A stretch of 64,000 bases of DNA, taken from positions 9,176,001-9,240,000 of the forward strand of contig NC_043025.1 in NCBI RefSeq assembly GCF_006345805.1. The letters are read 5' to 3'. The first letter of the stretch is position 1; each line of letters starts with the position of its first letter. A program made the translations under genes and the position numbers. This DNA is from Octopus sinensis. Taxonomy: Eukaryota. This document shows, in pieces, positions 56,620-64,000 of the stretch. Under the pieces are notes generated by a model. The model saw nothing but the letters and a program-made list of their open reading frames with translations, did not search any database and had not been told where the DNA came from.

Positions 56620-56779
56620 GTGTGTGTGTGCATACGCTTTGGCGTTGGCATGGCTGTGTGATAAGAATTTTGCTTCTGTATTCAGTCCTTCTGCGTGTAC
56701 TCTGCTCTCCAGCCGAACAAACCCGTGTATCTTAATTAATTGGGTTCACGGTAACTGAAGGAAACCCGTCGTATATATA

Positions 56780-57498
56780 AATTTTCTGAACTAGTGATGT
56801 TTAATAAAAGTAACTTATGTTACCTGAGCAATAATAAAACTTCCTCAGCTTTTCTGACACTTTTGTAATCTCAACAATGGTATTAAATTCGCCCTGAGCT
56901 GATTTTTCATCTTGAAGAACAGATACAAGTCAGCAGGTGGTAAATCTGGATAATAGAGCAGGTGCAGAGTCGATTGCATGTTGTTTTTGGCAAGAAACTC
57001 ATGAGTGAGGTGATAGGTGCATTGTTGTCGTGAATAATTCAATACTTTGCGAATCACAGATACGGGCATTTTTCCCGAACGTCCGCCCTGAAAAAGCTCC
57101 CAATGCACAATACCGAGGATGTCGGGAAAAAATGATGAACATGCTCTGGATTAAGCTGTAATTTTTTCGTGCGCCCGTACACTCGAAACATTACGTACGA
57201 CCCACTATCTCACCGCCATAAGTTTGCCGAAGCATGCTCAATCTCTCTGTAGCAGACTCCCCAATTTTAACGCAAAATTACACTTTCTTCATTTCTTCCA
57301 ATTTCCTGTTCATGACAAAAATCGGAGATTACAGTATCACCGAAATGCAAATTCCACATCTTGCGAAGTATATACAGCGATGTCACTCAGCAGGGTGCCG
57401 CATGAAGGTCACTGCTAGCTACCACCGCGCATACAATTGTATGCAGCCCTCTTGTGGCGCGTTATAGAACTCGTTCGTGAAATTTTGAAACGACCACG
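56780..57498 (-). mobile_element. Decayed, internally deleted mariner element
   Basis: HLLYYPDLPPADLYLFFKMKNQL resembles mariner HPPYSPDLAPxD. TIR-like TA|CGTGGTCGTTTCAAAATTTC at the right end. Confidence 0.75.
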
Positions 57499-57499
57499 T

Positions 57500-57755
<256 letters not shown>

Positions 57756-58374
57756 GTCTTTCTTCCGAGGTCAAACTACTCGTTCTGCTGGACTAGCCAC
57801 CTAACAGGATACAGTCATGGATCAGATCTAATTTCGATTCATCAAAAAAATGATGACGTGTTTCTTCCGTGGCCGAACTGTCGTTCCGCTTGGCTGGTTT
57901 CCTAACAGGATACAGTTAGGAGTCTTTTCACTATATTCATTGAGACTGGGTTTTGATTGGTTTGGACCTATATGACGTCAGTGAACAGTGCAAGTGACCA
58001 GAGCTTAGCTGAGCTGATATAAATCCAACAATCACAAAATTTACCAAAATTATGCGAGCAGACACCGACCAAAAATCATTACTGTTGCTCCCATTGGAAC
58101 ACAAGGTAAAATCTAAAATGAACTCCTCGCCTTTTCAAGAACATGAATTTTTTATATTTGAGTCTATTGAATATTATATACGAATTTTTTTATATTTGAC
58201 TCTATGGAATATATGTCACAATTATGAACTATTACATCATACTCTTTAAACATATAGCATGTCCATGCTTATAAAAAAAATTTTTTTGATAAGGTTCGTC
58301 ACTTCAAGAACCGAAACATGTTAAATTTAAATTTGTCTAATATAGCAGCATTTTCAAACTTCATTTTTTACAAA

Positions 58375-58405
<31 letters not shown>

Positions 58406-59037
58406 ATAAATATTCATACATGCATACATCTATCTCATATACATACATCTGCTTGCAGTTGTGTATTTATATATATATGTAAATATATAACTATATCTAT
58501 ATTATCTCTCTCTCTCTCCCTCTCTCTTTCTATTTATCTATCTATCTATCTATCTGTCATCTACGAGACGACAACGCTGCCATTTAACCAGAGGAACACA
58601 TCAGTTGATTTATTCAGTTCGCTTCTCATACTCGATATTTAGTGCAATCGGGAGATAACACCTGCTTCCCTAGCTTCAAGACTCTACCCAACAGGTCTCG
58701 ATCTGTATTTGATCTCCTTGGAGGTGGGTAGTCGTGGCCAGGCATGTCAAGTGTTTACTTCGATTGCCATATATAGAAAATAGTGTCATTGATTGTGTGA
58801 CTAGAACACAAAAATGTTAGAAAATCTCTGTTCATGAAAGAAGCTGTAGAAGAAGCAAATAATATTGCCCATGTTCACTTTACACTGGCTAAAAATATGT
58901 GATATATATATTCATGCATGTATTAAGACATTATACATATCAAATTACACATAAACACATACCTATAGTTATGTACATATATGTGTGTGTGCATGTCCGT
59001 GCGTTCGTAATGCTTTCTTCTGTATGTATCTGTGTGT

Positions 59038-59076
<39 letters not shown>

Positions 59077-59371
59077 AGTGAGTCTAAGAAAAATCATATT
59101 TATTAACGGAAATGTATGCTATTAAAATCTATTATATTGCATACAGTTATTACATTACCGTGTCGCCTTAATGAAATACATTATACACAAGCATACACAC
59201 ACACTCAAACTAAGCGATAAATTCATAGAGTGGAAAATTTTGCGTTGAGAATATGAAAGACATAGGCCGAGAGAGAGTGAGAGGTAGAGAGAGAGAGAGA
59301 AATCTTTTTTGTTTCTGTCACAGATTTTGAAATTTGGTATATTGATGAATTCCTTCACATATATATATATA

Positions 59372-60389
59372 TTTAAGGTATCCCAGAAGGTGGTTTATAT
59401 AGAGACGATGCTTTGTTTATTGTACCTAGCAACAGTAGATCAAGTATTGAGAGTATAAAAAAGAAAATTAGTCAATTTTTCAAAGATTTCATCCTAGGCA
59501 TTACGTATGAACCTAACACCAAGATAGTGAATTTCCTAGACTTTACGTTAGACTTAAATTCAAAGTTACATTACCCATTTAGAAATGAGGGTGAAGTTAC
59601 CAATTACGTAAATAAATCATCCAATCAACACCCGAATATACTAAAATCAATAGCTAAAAATATTTCTCAGAGAATTTCAAAATTATCATCAAATAGTGAA
59701 ATCTTTGACTCTCACTCTAATCATTATAATGTTGCATTATCTAAGGCTGTATATGACCAGGAAATCACCTTCCTAGATCTTGATAACATAAATCTCCTAA
59801 ACAATGAAGTGACTGTAAGTGGCTCAAGTAATATAGAATTTCATACCCTAAATAAACTTAAGTCAATAGAAGAAAAGAACCTAGTGTATAAACCTAATTA
59901 TAAGAATAGAAATAGTAAATAGATCATAAATAAATATGAAAATGCTAACCTAGTTAAAATAAACGTGAATAACTACACAAAAATTTCTGCCACAAAGTAA
60001 AAACCCAATAGGCATAAAAATAAGCCTAAAACGAATAATGATTCTCGTATGAATACTGATAGCACTAATCTTTCCCACTCTTACTCAAACAAAAAATATA
60101 AAAGAAAAAATGTCATTTGGTTAAATATCCCCTTCAACTAGGCGATCTCGACGAATATGTACAGTAGATTTATGTCTATACTGGAAAAAAACTTCTCAGC
60201 CTCGCATAACTATTATATAATAATTTCTAAGAAATCAGTGAGAATATCATATTCTACTCTCCCAAATATGGCTACCATAATAGCTAGACTTGACAGTAAA
60301 AACATTAAGTTAGCTAGGAATAGAATGAATAGTAACAACAATGATAGTAATAATAATTATAAAAATAGCAATAATAATAATAATAATAA

Positions 60390-60420
<31 letters not shown>

Positions 60421-60460
60421 AAGAAGAAGAAGAAGAAGAAGAACATTGATGTAAATAGTG

Positions 60461-60497
<37 letters not shown>

Positions 60498-62874
60498 CAA
60501 CATTGATGTAAATAGTGATAATAACAATACCAATAATATAGATAGTATAGATAAAAGTATGGTAGGTGATGATAATGAGGATGGATTAATAACTAGTAAC
60601 CCTAATTTACATAACAACGTAATTACTAAGAGTGAAAATAATACTAATACTAACCATAATTCAGATAACAGTAATGAAAGTGAACTGTCCTTAAATAATA
60701 CTAGTACTGGAAGCTATCCCCCCCCCCCCCAGTTGTAATTATAGGATTAGATCAAAATGTCCGGTATCTGGCCGTTTTTCGGTCCAAAACGTGATTTATA
60801 AATGCACGATAATAACTTCTAACAACAGTTTTCTTTATTTCGGTTGTTCGCTAGATTTTAAAAAAACGTCTAAACAATAATTTTTCCTCCGTTAGGCTCA
60901 AACATAAAGCAGGTCGCACAACATTGTCTAGTAAAATTTGGGAACTATAAACAAATAATATAGAATTCAATCTAAAATGGGATATAGTAAGAAGAGAACA
61001 ACCTTATTGAAATAGTAGGGATGGTTGTCAACTTTGTTCTATGGAAACTTATGAAATTTTGAAACATCAGAGTAATACAAATCTGTTGAATTACCGTTTG
61101 GAACAAGGATTATCTTGTATACATCGTACGACCCGACCCGTACGATTAAATACTTTAAAGAATAAAATTCTGAATATTCCTAAATTTTTCAAATTTTAAT
61201 TATTTTTAACCAAATAAAAACGAATATACCATACTGGCTTTCAAATTAACATTCATAGATGACTAAGAAAACTTCACTGCAAACTTAAAATTGAATTCTT
61301 CTTTTTTCTAAAATTAAACTGTATGAATCTAAATAGTTGGAATCCTAAATAGTATGAATTCCAAATAGTATGAATTCCAAATAGTATGAATACTAAATAA
61401 TATGAATCCTATGTCCCCAAGAAAACTATTCGGTTCCCCTTGATTATCTCACTTCCATTTCTTAATATATAATTAGTCTAAGATATCTTTACGAAATATA
61501 TTTAACCTAATATGAACGAATATACCATACTGGTTTTAGTTTAACACTCATATATGACTAAAGAACTTCATTGCAAACTTAGAATTAAATTCTTATATTT
61601 ATAGTGTTCTCCAATACTAAAAAGTATTAATACTATGTCCCTAGGGAAACTATTTGGTTCATCTTGATTATCTCACTTCAATTTCTTAACATATAATTAA
61701 CCTAAGATATTATTACCTAACTAATTGACCTTTATCCGCAGGTAGTAAATATTATTTCCAACAGATCCTATATTTTAATTCATTAATATCAACTCACTAT
61801 CTATGAAATCTGAATAATTTACTCTTCTAAATTACCTCTCTTCATATTATTAAACCACCTTCTACTAAACCTACGAATTTCTTCCTTCTTTGAGTTTTCC
61901 TTATCCATCTTTCTTAGTATATATTTTGACCCCTAATATGTTCACTTGATTAATATGGCTTTTCCCCCCAGTTAATAAGTACTATGCCTACTCATAATAA
62001 GTGATAGACTTTTTCTCCAAATTGAATAAATTTTAGAGTTATGTTTTTTCCTTTATTTTAAAGTGTCAAAGTACTCGGAACATATAGACCAACTGTTGTG
62101 ATGATGTGAATAGGGTTCGTAAGGTCTCTGCATTCACTGGGAATGTTATTGTGACCTCTTCCATCTTTCCTAGTATATATTTTGACCCCTAATATATTCA
62201 TTTGATTAATAAGGATTTTCCCCCAGTTAATAAGTACTATACCTACTCATAATAAGTCTTTTCTATGAATTGAATAAATTTTATATATATATTTTTCCCT
62301 TTATTCTAACGTGTCAAAGTACTCGGACCCTATAGGCTGATTGTTGTGATGATGTGCATGGCTTTTATAAGGTCTCTGCATTCTCTGTGAATGTTATTCT
62401 GACCACTTGATATGGACCTAGTTCTCCTAATTCTAAATCTGTTCATCAAATAGTAGTAATTGGCATTGTGGTGTGACAATCCTGTTCTCCACATAAATTC
62501 CTTTATATGGAACTCTAACATCCCTCTCACCCCATTTCTATAAATAGAAAATTCTTTATTGTCTCCTTTCATTTGTTCTTCCCTCTCAGAACCTTACAGT
62601 AGTCCGGAACAACTGAATTTTAGTCAGTAATTTGATGGGCTCCACTACCTCAAATGTTCTTAAAATTTAAATCCACATCTTTGTCTATATATCCACCTTC
62701 TCTATAATGTTACCACTTGATATGTAAATTATGTATTAATGGAAAACCTCTATTCATGGCTGATGAGTGCTCAGCATTTTAAAACTGTTGTAATGCTTAC
62801 AACATTTAATAAAATGATGTAGTGCGAAACGATCGTACCAAATTACCGGAGTTATTCTTGTTGCTTATTTTGAT
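59372..62874 (+). mobile_element. Penelope-type PLE copy R (RT from YRDD, Asn-rich linker, GIY-YIG, long tandemly repetitive 3' region)
   Basis: GGLYRDDALF (59398-59409), VNFLDFTLDLN, NVIWLNIPFN, then the GIY-YIG with a few frameshifts. The 3' region has ~200-bp and 16-bp tandem repeats and ends in a hammerhead. Flanked by (TA)n. Confidence 0.92.
62757..62840 (+). ncRNA. Type I hammerhead ribozyme, canonical core, extended stem II
   Basis: TGG-CTGATGA-GTGCT[...tgttgtaa(tgc)ttacaaca...]AGTGC-GAAA-CGATCG-TA^CCA. Palindromic ACGATCGT stem III; predicted cleavage after A62837. Confidence 0.75.
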
Positions 62875-63686
62875 TATATATATATGTATACAAGTATACG
62901 TACGTATGTATGTATATATATATATATATACACGTAAACGTACGTATTTATATATATTTTAAAGATTTACAAAAAGGAAAATGTCAGTCATTTTACAACA
63001 ACTGTCAAGAACTCAGATGTCAGTTAAATACATTTGAAATCTGATGATTACTACGAACGTATGAAAGCGCTAATTTAACTTTATGAATATTACAAAATAT
63101 TTTCGAATGTTTAACACATTTCAATATTGGAAAACATTTTTTTTTAAATAGCGTGATAGGAAACGTGAAAACCAGACCGTGTTTTAACTTTATTCCTCAG
63201 ACTTTCTCGGATTTTGATTATATTCTTTGAGGAACTGAAAGTGGTAGGTGCTAGATTCCATTTGTACAGTGAATTACAGCTAGGCCAATTTGGTCGAGCT
63301 GTCTAATGTGATCGCTGCACATGCCTTTTCAGTTTCTTCGAGAAAGATGTTAGTGTAGCCAGTTGTCCACCATATAAGAGAGCGTTTAGGGCGATCTATG
63401 TACGTTTATGTCCATGTGTATGTATTATTTATATTTTTGTTTTTATTCTCCTTCATTTACTCATCCTCAATTTCCGTGTTATTGTTCTTCTTGTCCCTCC
63501 TGTTGTTTATCGTCTTGCTTCTCTAATTGTTTTCCCCACCAACATCTTCGTTGTCGTTGTCATTGTTGCTATTGTTGTTCTTCTTCTTGTTTTCTTCTTG
63601 TTTTTCTTCTTCTTTTCTTCTACTTGTTTTCTTACTTACATATATACTCGCACACACGCACACATATATATATATACATACATATA

Positions 63687-63768
<82 letters not shown>

Positions 63769-63829
63769 TGCTTCAGGTTGACAGACGATAGCCGCCCCAT
63801 TAACACGCACACCACACCATATCACACAG

Positions 63830-64000
63830 CGTATGTGTGTGTCTGCGTATCTTTGAGTCTGTGCTCGTCTTCATTAATTTTTCACAACTGATGATGGTTT
63901 GTTTACTTCTACATCAGTTAGCGGTTCGGCATAAACGACCGATTGAATAGGTTCTGGGCTTTCAAAAAATAGCTAATGGGATCGATTCGTTTGAGTAAAA
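63830..64000 (+). mobile_element. SINE 3' half, decayed, running off the right edge
   Basis: tttgtttac...ttagcggttcggcataaacgaccgattgaatagg...gatcgattcg resembles the SINE body at 13330-13450 (reverse strand). Confidence 0.6.

Noticed and set aside
58023-58058. IQQSQNLPKLCE, resembling a degenerate fifth LRR exon
   Set aside because: In-frame stop immediately upstream, no acceptor or donor at 72-nt spacing and no cassette intron homology; may be chance.
63780-63833. 54-nt AG/GT-bounded open segment in the same phase as the LRR exons
   Set aside because: No recognisable motif, squeezed between (TA)n and a SINE; unsupported without RNA data.

Overview
AT-rich, microsatellite-dense eukaryotic DNA. 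The SINE types and repeat landscape suggest a coleoid cephalopod, probably Octopus (inference). Most of the window is transposon debris: Helitrons, Penelope-like elements (PLEs) with hammerhead ribozymes, ORF1-only LINE-like elements, mariner, an RLE-type LINE piece and tRNA SINEs. The ORF track misses four 72-nt, phase-2/phase-2, AG/GT-flanked exons on the + strand (23994, 37991, 50847, 55455). Each encodes one 24-aa leucine-rich repeat and sits in a paralogous intron cassette, so the window looks like part of an LRR gene growing by exon-cassette duplication. The newest ~13.9-kb duplication has a hybrid junction inside a decayed Helitron, which fits unequal crossover but could also be an assembly false duplication. 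Amino-acid changes between exons concentrate on the predicted concave face of the LRR. The fourth exon is bracketed by a multi-kb inverted pair of Penelope copies, each ending in a hammerhead. All identities are by-eye estimates and no database search was run.
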